From assembly GCF_009914755.1 (NCBI RefSeq), contig NC_060925.1: a DNA stretch of 64,000 nt; one strand, written 5' to 3'. Made by a program: the position numbers and the translations under genes. This document shows, one piece after another, positions 13,447 to 27,700 of this stretch; the stretch's first letter is position 1, and every line of letters starts with the position of its first letter. The stretch is from the human T2T-CHM13v2.0 reference genome, Homo sapiens. The notes below the pieces were generated by a model. It saw only the letters and a program-made list of their open reading frames with translations. It ran no database searches and had not been told where the DNA came from.

Positions 13447-13585
13447 TGATAAGTATGCCTATATATAGCCATACTTACCGAGCTTTGTATAGATGCATGC
13501 ACTTGGAAACCAGCAAAGCTAAAAATACCGCCTCCTCATACCTAATTTACTTATTTTCTGTAGGTTCCTTATTCTAAATTTATAG
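13447..13585. promoter_or_regulatory. Candidate muscle/cardiac enhancer (GATA, MEF2, NKX2-5 motifs)
   Basis: TGATAA 13447-13452; CTATATATAG 13459-13468; CACTTG 13500-13505; CTAAAAATAC 13519-13528; CTAAATTTATAG 13574-13585, in non-repeat sequence. Confidence 0.45.
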
Positions 13586-13884
13586 CTCAGGAGACTGAAA
13601 ATTGTTGCCAGAAAGCAGTGACCTTTCTGTGGTCGTGGGCGGGAGGGGGACCAGAGGACAGGCCCTGTCTGGGAAACTTGGGGATTAGGTCTCAGTCCCA
13701 GCTCTAAAGGCAACGTGCTGTGATGCTTTGGGATATCCTCCCTCTTGCTGGGCCTCAGCATCCCTCAACCGAAGGAACAACTGAACATGATGGTGTAAGG
13801 TGTTTCTTTTGTCCTTCTATTCATTGGCACCCAGCTTGATGTGCTAAGTGCAATTGTACTCACGGGAAAAGTCAATACAGATAC

Positions 13885-14143
13885 ACCAGAGCCATTGATT
13901 TCTGTTCATTCATTCACTTGACAAATATTTACTGAGCACTTGCTATGTGTGAGACAATAATCTCTACTCTCAGATAACTTATAACTTACATTCAAGTCAG
14001 AAGAGACAAATAATAAACAAAATATAGTAAGCATTTAGTATGTTTGATTGTGATAAATGTCATGGAGAAAAATCAAAAGGAGGGTATAGAAGAAGGGTGT
14101 AGTTTTAATTAAGGAGGTTAGAGAAGACCCCACCAAAAGGTGT

Positions 14144-14185
<42 letters not shown>

Positions 14186-15350
14186 AGACGGAGTGTTGCT
14201 CTGTCTCCCAGGCTGGAGTGCAGTGGTGTGATCTCAGCTCACTGAAACCTGTGCCTCCCGGGTCCGAGTGATTTCCCTGCCTCAGCCTCCCAAGTAGCTG
14301 GGACTACAGGCACACGCCATCACACCTGGCTAAATTTTGTATTTTTAGTAGAGACGGGGTTTTTGCTGTGTTGGCCAGGTTGGTCTCGAACTTCTGATCT
14401 CAAGTGATTTGTCCACCTTAGCCTCCCAAAGTGCTGGGATTACAGGTGTGAGCCACTGCACCTGGCCAAAACGTGGTATTTGACTAAAGACGTGAAATGC
14501 CCAGTAGTGCAGGGAGATAACCACACAGACACCGGGAGGAAGGGTCCCAAACAGAGAAGACACCAATGCCAAGGGCCCCAAGGGAGGAGCGTTGCCTAGT
14601 GGATTTGAGGCCACTGTGGCTGGAGCAGAGTGAGCAGGGAGACAGTGCTAGATGCTGAAAGCGAGAGGGAACATGGGCTGTTGTGATGACATTGGCTCTT
14701 ACTCCAAATGGAAGGGGACACCATTGGAGGGCTTTGAGCTAAGGAGGGACCTCTGCTGACTTTTGCCTTCCCAGGGTGGTCTGGCTGCTGAGTTAGTTCA
14801 CAGCCGACTGCAGAAGCACAAATGTGGAGGCCGAGAGACCTGTAAGGAGAGTATTGCAGACTAGGCAGGGGTGGTGGGGGAGATGGGGAGAAGTGGTCAG
14901 AATCTGTATGCAGCCTGAAGGTTTTGCTGATAGATTGGGTGTGGGGATGAGAGTAACAGAGGCCAGGTGTCACTCTAAGGCTTTTGGCCTGAGCAATGAT
15001 GGAAATGCCATGAATTCAAGTAGAGAAGATTGTGGGAGGAGGAAAGACCAGGAACTCTGTTTTGGACCTGTGAGGTGGGAGATACCTCTTAGACCTCCCC
15101 GTGGAGGCCATGAGTGGGCAGTTGGATGAATGAGTCTGGAGTTCTGGAGAGGGTCTGTGCTGGACATACACATTTGAAAGTCATCTGCATGTACCTATAC
15201 ATGTTACATAAAGCCACAGTCCTGGGTGAGATCGCTGAGATGGGCCGTGTGGGTGTGTCCAAGCACTAACTCTGGGGCACATCCACATTCAGAGAGGAGG
15301 TGAGGAGGTGAGAAGAAACCAGCAAAGAGGGAGAGAAGAATCAGCCAGGG
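13885..15350 (-). mobile_element. L2 3' portion, interrupted by an Alu
   Basis: ttcattcattcacttgacaaatatttactgagcact (antisense L2 tail) and the downstream L2 body (tttggacctgtgaggtgggagatacct, gagtctggagttctggagagg). Confidence 0.85.
14146..14467 (-). mobile_element. AluS with T39 tail
   Basis: dimeric Alu; uninterrupted T run 14146-14184. Confidence 0.95.
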
Positions 15351-16077
15351 AAGCATGGGCTTCAGTTTGTCTATAACAAAGGGGGCCTTTAGGGTCCCCT
15401 CCTAGTTTTTCTCTGGGATGCTCCTGGGACGCAGGCTCCTAACTTAAGGTGTCCCTTGGTATGCTGGCATCCACAGCTGGTCACAATGAGAAGTGCGGGG
15501 AGTAGGAGGCTGGCAGCCCTGCTCCTCCTGTGGAGGGGAGAGGGCCCCAGGCTGGCAGGACGAGGGATGTGCTTCACTAGGCCTGGAGAGGCAGGAGCCG
15601 GCTTCGTCCTGACACTGCTTTCCCCCTGGACAAAGAGAAGCTTAGGTTTTCTCTTGTGACAGAAACCAAAAGAGGAATAACTGCTTGGGTTATTAACCAT
15701 GAATATAGTTCTGAGCGTTTTTAACAAAAAGGAGCAGAGTGGTCTCTAACTGATATCTCTATTCACTTCTCCCTAGCACCTTGAGAATTTGAAAAACCTT
15801 TCTTCTTTGCCTGCCCAGAGATAATGCCCAAGTCAGGGTTTTCCTTAGGACCTCTAGGATCTAATAATGGACAGAGCAACTGGAAACAGCTGGAGTGTCA
15901 GGCCTGCAGGCTTCTGGGACTGAGAGTGCCAGCTTGGCCCTGCCAGGGTCTGAGCCTGACCTGATTCCAAATGGAACCTTGAATTGTTTCTCAGTGTGCC
16001 CACACTTCAGCTCAGCTAGGGCTTCCCAGCTTGTCTTACTACCACTAATTAGTCACTTTCATTGCATACTTACTGCA

Positions 16078-16485
16078 TGCTATGGTTTGAATGTCCCTGC
16101 CAAAACTCATGTTGAAACTTAATTACCATTGCAATAGTATTTAGAGGTGGGGCCTTTAAGAACTGATTAGGTCATGGGGGCTCCATCATCATACATGAGT
16201 TAATGCCCTTATTATGGGAATGATTTAGTTATCTCAGGAGTGGCTTTGTTATAAAAGCATGCTCTCTCTCCCTTTCTCTCTCCCTTTCTCTCTCTTCTAC
16301 ACACGTGTTCTCTTGCTCTTCTGTCTATTTGCCATGGGATGACACAAGAGGAAGACCCTTGCCAGATGGCAGTGCCATTCTCTTGGACTTCCCAGTCTCC
16401 AGAACCAAAAGTCATAAATTTCTTTTCTTTACAAAATACCTAGTCTGTGGTATTTTGTTATAGCAGCAGAAAACAGACTAAGACA
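16078..16485 (+). mobile_element. MST-family MaLR solo LTR
   Basis: tgctatggtttgaatgtccc...ttatagcagcagaaaacagactaagaca with TG...CA ends; 5-bp TSD ctgca (16073-77) / ctgtg (16486-90), both derivable from ctgcg by CpG decay. Confidence 0.9.
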
Positions 16486-17758
16486 CTGTGTCAAGGATTT
16501 GACATATAACACATTTTATCCACAAGAATCCAACTAAAAAACTCATAATGATTGAATTCAGATACAACAGAACTGGCTCCATGCTCTGCATCTCTTCTTT
16601 ATCTTCACCATAAGGAGACTCCAAGTTTGGTGCAATTGAATTCTTTGGCTCCTACTTAAGGTGTTCTGATTGGGTTTTAGAGTATTAGTGTCTTTTGCAA
16701 ACAAGAAAATTGAGGCTTAGAGATATTACTTTACTTGCCCAAAGTCACTCAGAAAGCTGGAGATTTGTACCCAGATATCTTGATTCTGTAGTGTGGGCTT
16801 CACCCTCCTGGCATAGGGCTCCCTTATGCCTTAGAAGTCAACTCACTTGACAGTTGGGAAAACCAAGGCCCAGAGAGGAGAAGGCCTCTGACAGAGTTGA
16901 ACCAGGCCCAGGAGTCCTTTTGTGGGCTGCCTGCAGCTATTTAGTAGAAACTCTTGAAGTATACACCATGGGCATGACCCAGGGAGATGGTGGGGAGGTG
17001 GGGATACCACAGGGCAGAGCACTGGCATGGTGCCCCTGATGCTCGGTGGCCCTGTGACACTCAGCATGGTGCAGGACAGACAGGAACTCATCTGGGAAGG
17101 CAGAGATGAGCCAGTGGAAATCCTGCCCTTCAGCAATATACCAGTTGACCCCCCCGAACCACAATGTGGCATCACATCTCCTGCCTTCCCCAACTGCCTC
17201 CCCACCACCACACCTGCTGAGATTCCAAGCACTTTTCAAGGCCTGGCTCCCTTGACCTCCTCTGGGAAGTGTCTCCTCCACGCCTGCCCCAACCCACCTC
17301 CCTGCAGCACTCAGACTTGCTTCCTCTCCTTGTTAGGACATTCTAAAGGCCTTTCTCTATTGCTAGGCTCACAATGAAAATAACAAGCAGCAGGGCTGAG
17401 ACTTAACTCCAAAGCCTGGGAGGAAGGTGGATTGGAGTTGGTAATGGTGGTGTGGTCTGGAATAGTGGCAGTGGAAATGGAGGAGATGGCTGAGGCAGGA
17501 GTATTGAGGAGATGAAATCACCCAGATTTCAAGGGTGAGGAGAAGAAGGAGGGGCAATGATAGCGCTGGTATCCTAAGCCTGAGCAGGGGACAGCAGGAG
17601 TGCTACCAAGAGAAATGGCTCCTCCCAGCCCCCTTTCCCAGCCATACCACACTCCATGGAGTCAGCCCAGGCCTCAGCCCAGAGCACAGAAGAAACTGAT
17701 GAGGTGAGCATGCCAGAAACCAGGTCACAGAAATTAAAGAAATCCTACAGGGTCTAGA

Positions 17759-17784
17759 TACATACATACATACATACATATGCA

Positions 17785-17829
<45 letters not shown>
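17759..17829. repeat. Compound microsatellite (TACA)n + (TG)21
   Basis: read directly from the sequence. Confidence 0.95.
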
Positions 17830-17831
<2 letters not shown>

Positions 17832-18253
17832 ATCAGGTAGAATGACACATAAAGAAGCTCTATCTTGGCTTTTAGATTCAGTCTCTACTCTCTCCACACA
17901 CTGAGACCACAGCCGGGCACATGTAGGAACATGCCCTCCTTCTAGAGATCTTGTGGGGACACACTGAGGAAATGTGTATTCATGGCAGAAACTTCTCTGA
18001 GGAACCCTGAGTTTCTTTTTCTTACTTCCAGCCTCCTGCCCCATGTCCACTGAGGTCTGGCCTATGGAATGTGGGGAGAGGGAGGTGGCCACTCCCGGGC
18101 CTGTCCCACTCACAGTAGCTTCCCGTGTGGTTCTCGGCCTTTTCCTCCTGTCTGGCCATAGGATGTCATTGCTCAGAGTATGGAAAAGGGGAGTGTCTTC
18201 TCAGGCTGGGCTCCTGAATGACAGTGTTTTCTCCCCATAACCAGGGTCAGCTA

Positions 18254-18634
<381 letters not shown>

Positions 18635-19012
18635 TCAGAGAATATGGATGTTACCTCAGAGAGTATGGGGAAGCTTTTTGAGAACTACAAGACAGTATAG
18701 GACTATAAGGTATTTTAGACTGCTCCCATGTTTAAATCCCAGGTTTTGCAGTCTGGGAAGGCTGTTTGGAAGGGGCAGTGGGGCAGGTGACACCAGCTTG
18801 GGTTGTGCTAGGACCAGCACTCCCCTGGGGTGACACCCACTGGCTGTGTGAGATCAGCTATGTCTCAGAGCCCAGGGACCACTCAGAATAAGCCCCTCCT
18901 TTATTATGCAGATGAGCTCACAGAGAGATAGGGAGCCTGAGGTTACGTGGTGCCTTCCCTGGTACCATGTGAGGACTGGCAACACGGATCCTTGTCATGG
19001 TGAAAAAATGAC

Positions 19013-19687
19013 TGTGGAAGACGGTTATAGCAATGGCTCCCAATCAAGACGCCTCCTTGTTTCCACATCATTGTGTAGTCCCTGCCCACACTGGCTCTGG
19101 GCTTGACCATGAGATTTGTTTTGGCCAATGGAACATCAGCACATGTGATACAAGCAGAGGTTTGACAGGCACTGGTGCATCGGGGCTTGCTCCCTCTTGC
19201 TGCTGGGACCCCTTCTGCTATCACAGGAAGAAGTCTGGGCTAGTCTACTGGAAGGTGAGACCAGGGGGAGCAAAGACAAGTCAGGCCTGCTGAGTTCCAC
19301 TAGTTCCCAGTTATTCTCAACCAAAGGACAACTTGGTCCTCCAGGGAAGATCTGGTAATGACTGGAGATATTTTTGGCTGTCCTACTGGCATCTAGTGGG
19401 CAGAGGTCAGAGATGCTGCTACACATCTTAAAATGTGCGGGACAGTCCCCCCATAACAAAGAGTTACCCGGTCCCAAATGTCAGCAGTGCTGAGGTTGAA
19501 AAACCTGCCCATGACCAACCAACCCACAGCTGACCTCCCAGCTGACTGCAGCCCTGTGAGTGAACCCAGGTGAGACAAACAGAAACTGCCCAGCTGATGC
19601 CACCCTAAGAATTATGAGTAATAAAAGAATGAGTGTTCTAAGCCGTTAAATTTTGGGGTGGATTTTTATGCAGTAAAGGCTGATACA
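19013..19687 (+). mobile_element. MLT1 (F/G-like) LTR with a nested MER20
   Basis: tgtgg...ttttggccaatggaacatcagca...aactgcccagctga...taagccgttaaattttggggtgg...ctgataca. Confidence 0.8.
19308..19507. mobile_element. MER20 hAT-Charlie MITE
   Basis: cagttattctcaacc...tactggcatctagtgggcagaggtcagagatgctgct...caaatgtcagcagtgctgaggttgaaaaacctg. Confidence 0.9.
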
Positions 19688-19844
19688 GAACATTTGGCTA
19701 ATGGGTCCATCACTGGGAATTTCCATACATGTTCTCACTCTTCATAACTGGGAATGTTGAGGTGGCTGGTCTGTGTGCATGCACACTCCATCCTGTGGAT
19801 ATTTACCTGTTTGGTGGTGTTTGTTACTCCTCCCAACCTCCTAC

Positions 19845-20110
19845 TATTGTGGGCCAGTTACTGTACCAAGTACTCTGTAAGTATTAATTCATTTAATCCT
19901 CATGACAACCCCAAGAGGGATTTTTCCCATTTTACAAATGAGAAACTGAAGCTCAGAATAACTCACTTGTATGAATGGCCACATGAGGGTTTAGCTGTCT
20001 CTTACTTTTAATCAGTGAAGTTGACCTATCCGTGAAGAGGCAGATGCTCAGGGTCACATGTTTCCTAAATAGGGCCAGAATTTGGACGTCTAGCCCAGAG
20101 TCCATGCTAC
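19845..20110 (-). mobile_element. MIR interrupted by the NUMT
   Basis: tcatttaatcctcatgacaacc...cccattttacaaatgagaaactgaagctcaga...acttg | ctcagggtcaca...cagagtccatgct; the two halves are contiguous in the MIR consensus. Confidence 0.85.
19965..20046 (+). pseudogene. NUMT of mitochondrial 16S rRNA (MT-RNR2) covering the humanin ORF; humanin-like (MTRNR2L-type) pseudogene with a nonsense codon 4
   Basis: acttgtatgaATGGCCACATGAGGGTTTAGCTGTCTCTTACTTTTAATCAGTGAAGTTGACCTATCCGTGAAGAGGCAG aligns to the humanin CDS (ATGGCTCCACGAGGGTTCAGCTGTCTCTTACTTTTAACCAGTGAAATTGACCTGCCCGTGAAGAGGCGG), about 10 differences in about 79 nt by eye; translates [22 protein letters not shown]. Confidence 0.92.
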
Positions 20111-20759
20111 CTCCTGTCAGTGATGCTTCTTGGCCTCACTTTGTGCTCAGCCCTTTCATGGACTGGCTGCCCCTTCCCTACCCCAGTTGCTGCCCACTGG
20201 GAAGGTTTGGCCATTACTGCAGCTCCCAGGTGGCCACAGGTGTATCTCTCTTGTGATACATGTGCTTTGAAACAACACTATCTAGAAGGGTGTGTGAGCC
20301 ATGGTTCATAGGGTCAGACTCCAGCCTGGAAGCCCAGCTCCATTGCTATTCACTGTGGGATCTTGAGCAAGATCCTTAATGTCTCTGAGCCTGAGTTTCC
20401 TTGCTGGCAAAATGGGGCCAGTGTTACAATCAGGGTAGCACAGGACAAAGTCCCAGACACCTGTGATACAAGGCAAACAAAGGGCACCGGGTCCCTGCCC
20501 TCAGGGAACTTACAGTCTGATGTGGAAGAGAAACATGAAACAAGCACAAGAAGGGTGATAAGGGGCCAACCAAGTGTCAAGGTCGACCCGACAGGGTATG
20601 TGTAAGGATTAAATAGACAGTGATTGTGAATGCATTTAAAAATTGTCCAGTGGGGTGTGCTTGGAAGGTATCAGTGGAACGTAAATTCCAGGTTGCAGTG
20701 ATTGATCTCTCTCTCTCTCTCTTTTTTTTTCAAGTGTTCATATGTAAAATTAAAAAAAA

Positions 20760-21410
<651 letters not shown>

Positions 21411-23172
21411 GGTTGATTTCTAAGTCCATGGCTGCGACCTTGCTCTCCTCTCTGGGGGCCTAGGCAGTAAAACAGAAAGAGGGGTACTAGTAAAGACCTC
21501 CAGAAAATAAAAAGTAGCTTTTCTTTCAGAAAAGAGTGATAACCCCTGTGATTTAAGCTTTTCTCTCACTCTCTCTGATTATAATCGTGCTGCTGCCATT
21601 AAAGCGTAGCAGTTACCAGCCCAGAGCCTACAGTGGGATGCTTGGGTTCTAGTTCCAGCAGGGACCTTGGTCAAGTGCTTATCTTCTCTGGACCCCAGTT
21701 TCTCATCTGTCAAGTAGGGAGAATAATTGACCCTATCTCATGAGGTCATTGGGAGGATTAAAGGAGTTAAAGAATAGAACAGCACATTGCATGCATTGTT
21801 ATTGAAGCATTAGCTGTTTTCTATTATTCTGCCTTGCTGCACACCCCAACCCTCAGCCTCTCTGAATTCTAAGAATTCTGTCTGGAAGAGGAGTGACATG
21901 TTCCCTGCTGTTAAGGAATCTCTCAGGCTGACTGTCATTTGTTCCTTTTAGGGGCCCTGGAACTTTCCCTCCTACCTTCCCCACTCTCAGGATTCAGCAC
22001 CTCCTACTTTATTATTGCTATTATTAATCAAAACTTCAAAGGGAATGTATAATCCTGGTACAAAAATTGAAACATACAGATAAATAAAAAGAAATTAAAA
22101 TCAGCCCCAATACCACCATCCAGAAAGAACTATGGGTAACATTTTAAAGTATATCTCTTTCTAGACATTTCCCCATTCAATACATTTGTTTAAATATACA
22201 TGTACATATATTAAGGTCAAGGGGTCAGCACTCTCAGCCTTAGGCCTTCCATAGAGGCCTGTCCCTTGGGTGGGGCATAAGACCACTGTTGGCTTCTCTG
22301 AGCCCAGGACCTTGGAAGGTCAAGGGCAGGACCTTTCTGCCTGACTCCACTGTGCTCCCCAGCCCCCAGCTGAGCCTGGGGCTGCCTTCCTCCAGCTTTG
22401 CACGAAATGCCCATCTTGGAGCTGCTTTTGATCCATCCCCTGGAGGTGGCTTATTGTATGGGATGATTGTGTCAGAAGGAAAACCCTCCAGCATGTCCCT
22501 GGGCATGAATTGGGCCTTTATGTGAAAAGCCACTCTCTGCCGAATCCCAGCTCCTCATAATCCACTCTGAAAGCTGACTATGACATCACCGTTGACTGGT
22601 ATGGAGGGTCTGGGTGGGAGCCTGCAGAACATGTGCTGCTTAACAGCCAGAGAACCTACTGACAAATGCAAGGGCGACATTCAACCAGCCTTTCTCGGCT
22701 CCTCCCAAATGCTGGACAGTGAAATTTTGCTTTCATTTTATACCCTGGAATTTCTCAAAAATGTTAAAAATCACAATGACTATAATTTACTAAACACATA
22801 TCCTGTGCCAGGCCCTTAACAGTCATCGTGTTCATTATATTTCATCTACACCTTATATTTCACTTATATTTCATCTTCACCTCCATTTTACAAGGCAGAT
22901 AAGGAAACTGAGGCTCAGCAAGACCAGTGGCTTGACCCAGGCTCTGCCACCAATAAGGGTTGCAGAGTGGGACTTGAATCCAGGCAATGACTCTCAGGCC
23001 CATGCCCTTTATTTTTGCATAAAAATTAATGTTATATTTTATTAAGGTGACCCATACCCATAGTTAAAAATCAAATAGGGCTAAAAGGCAGAGGGAAAAA
23101 AAAACAGCAGCTGACAGCCTTGACTCTTTCCCTCCTCTGCCCTGCTACTCTGAAGCAGCCACTTTCCACTAG

Positions 23173-23578
<406 letters not shown>

Positions 23579-23849
23579 TAAGACACCATCACTCCCTTTC
23601 CCATTTCTTAATAAAGGGGAAAGGATTCCCCTTTATAAAGGATTGCAATTTCCCCCAATTCCTTTATTGGGTCTATCAAAGGTATGCAATAAAATGTCCC
23701 ACTACTTATACATGCCATATAATTTACCAGTTCTTCCCATCGTCACTTGGCGAGACTTCCCTCCCCAGTTCTCTGTCCTACTGTTTCAGGCTGAGCTGGC
23801 TACTCTCTCCTTGCCCTGAGATTTTACTTATCTTTTGCCACCCATGTTC

Positions 23850-25430
<1,581 letters not shown>

Positions 25431-25449
25431 TTGTAATTCCATTATTAGT

Positions 25450-25451
<2 letters not shown>

Positions 25452-25488
<37 letters not shown>
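25452..25488. repeat. Isolated T37 homopolymer
   Basis: read directly; no Alu body attached. Confidence 0.95.
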
Positions 25489-25490
<2 letters not shown>

Positions 25491-25519
25491 AGGGGGGTGA
25501 ATGAGGTGGGATTTGGAAG

Positions 25520-25950
25520 GATGTTATCCATTGTTACATAATATATCACGCCAAACTTCATAGCTTAAAGCAACAATAATTTATGATTTCTCATGATTCT
25601 AGGAACTGACTGGGTGACCCCTTTGCTGGTTTCACCTGAGTTCACTCATACTGCTGCATTCAGTTATCATTGGCTGGCCTGGAAAATACAAGTTGGTGCT
25701 AGCTGTTGGTTGGGGTTCCTCAGTTCTCCCCGCTTGGTCCCTCATCTTCTAATATGCTAGACTAGCTTATTTAAAGGGTGGTCTCAGGGCAATGTTCCAA
25801 AAAGTTAAAGGCAACATCACTTCCACTGAATTCTGTTTGTCAAAGCAAGTCAGATCAGATTTAAGACTTTTTATCTTGATGGGAGGACTGACAAAATCAC
25901 ACTGTAAAGAGGCTTGTTTCAGGAATGGGAGAAATTATTGCAGCTATCTT
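25520..25950 (-). mobile_element. MLT1 (H-like) LTR, degraded
   Basis: gcttaaagcaacaataatttatgatttctcatgattct...catcacttccactgaattctgtttgtcaaagcaagtca...gatgggagga. Confidence 0.7.
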
Positions 25951-26296
25951 TATGAAAAATCTATAAGAAAGTGAGAAAAAATACATGCAGAATGCTAATC
26001 CACCACGTTTAGCAGGAGGTCTTCCCATGCTGTTTGTATTGCCCCACACCACCATGGTCTCTGTCCTGTAGGCTCATATAAGACCTTTTATAGAATTTTG
26101 TTAACCAAACCCTCATGGCTTTAGGTAGTTACAAATACATATACCATATCCTCATGCTGGGGAAAGAAGCAGAACACACTAATTATCACTAAAGGATTTG
26201 GAATTGGAGAAACTTGGGTTCAAGTCCCAGTGTCACTACTTATTAGCCCTATTACCCTGGGTAAGTAATCTCTCTGAGCCTCAACTTCTTTAGCTA

Positions 26297-26605
<309 letters not shown>

Positions 26606-27266
26606 GTGGTTTTGCATATAATAAATGAATTAACATACGTAAAACGCATACTTAGCACACTGTCTGGCACTGGCAAAGGGATCAAATAACAGTAGCATCA
26701 TTAAGTGTTTTTTGGGGAACAAATTCACATCTCTAATAATATAACCACTGGAGATGGAATTTGAGAAAGAGTCTAATTTAAATCCAGGCTCCGCCACATA
26801 ATACCTTACAGGACTGCTGTGAGGATCAAAGGAATTCAAGCAGAAAATGCACCTAGAAGCATGCCTGGCACATCGCAAATGCTCAGGACATGCTTTGTGT
26901 GCATCCCTGATTTCTTAGGTCACGGCACCAAGCATGAGCTCGGCTCCAACAGGGCCATTGTGATGAATAGCACCTGTCAGGTGTGGGGTGCGTTTTCTCC
27001 CACAGGGACCAGCCGCAGTGTGAAAAGCCATTTTGTCTCTTCTTTGGGGTTCTTTTACTCTTTCTCACACTCTCAGGTGATCAGCTCCCAGGCGTGCCTG
27101 TCTCTACATCTACAGCTCTGGTTATTAACCTGTGTCCCGTTGGTGAGCCTCATGGGGCTAAGATTAAAGAAGGAGTCAACAGGATCTGAGAAAGAGCCAG
27201 AGGGGCTCTCCTGGCTCTTTCTGGTTTTTTGTTTGTTTGTTTGTTTTGTTTTTTGTTTTTTTCTGG

Positions 27267-27700
27267 TCACCCGCAATTCCGGAAGGTGTTTTCTTACACT
27301 GGTTCTTCTCATACCGTCAGGGAGGGGAGTGTGCTTCACAGTGAGTGACATTACAGACCCCATTTCACTGCCTAGCCACCTGCTTTTGCAACCTGCCTGG
27401 CCATCAGCCATTTGGAAAATGTGGATAACTAGAAAGGCAACCACCAGTGAAGGGAGCTGGTTCTCACCTTGTCCATGCTACAGATAGTTAAGTGTCAGGC
27501 AGTCTGTGTGTCCTGAGCCCTGTGTGAATACTCCATCCTAACCTCTGGGTTTGGTTATATCAAAGAAAACCCTCATACTGCCCCTGGGAGCAGATGGGGA
27601 AGGATCAGATTTGTTTGGCGAGTTACAGTGACATCTGTCTAAGGAGATCACCCGCAATTCTGGAAGGTGTTTTCTTATGCTGGTTCTTCTCATACAGTCA
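27267..27700 (+). repeat. Dispersed 53-bp direct repeat (27267-27319 and 27648-27700)
   Basis: tcacccgcaattc[c/t]ggaaggtgttttctta[ca/tg]ctggttcttctcatac[c/a]gtca; 49/53 identical. Confidence 0.9.

Noticed and set aside
26819-27487. 222-aa ORF
   Set aside because: Starts in MIR-derived sequence, crosses a (GTTT)n tract, has a non-ATG start and no homology recognised.
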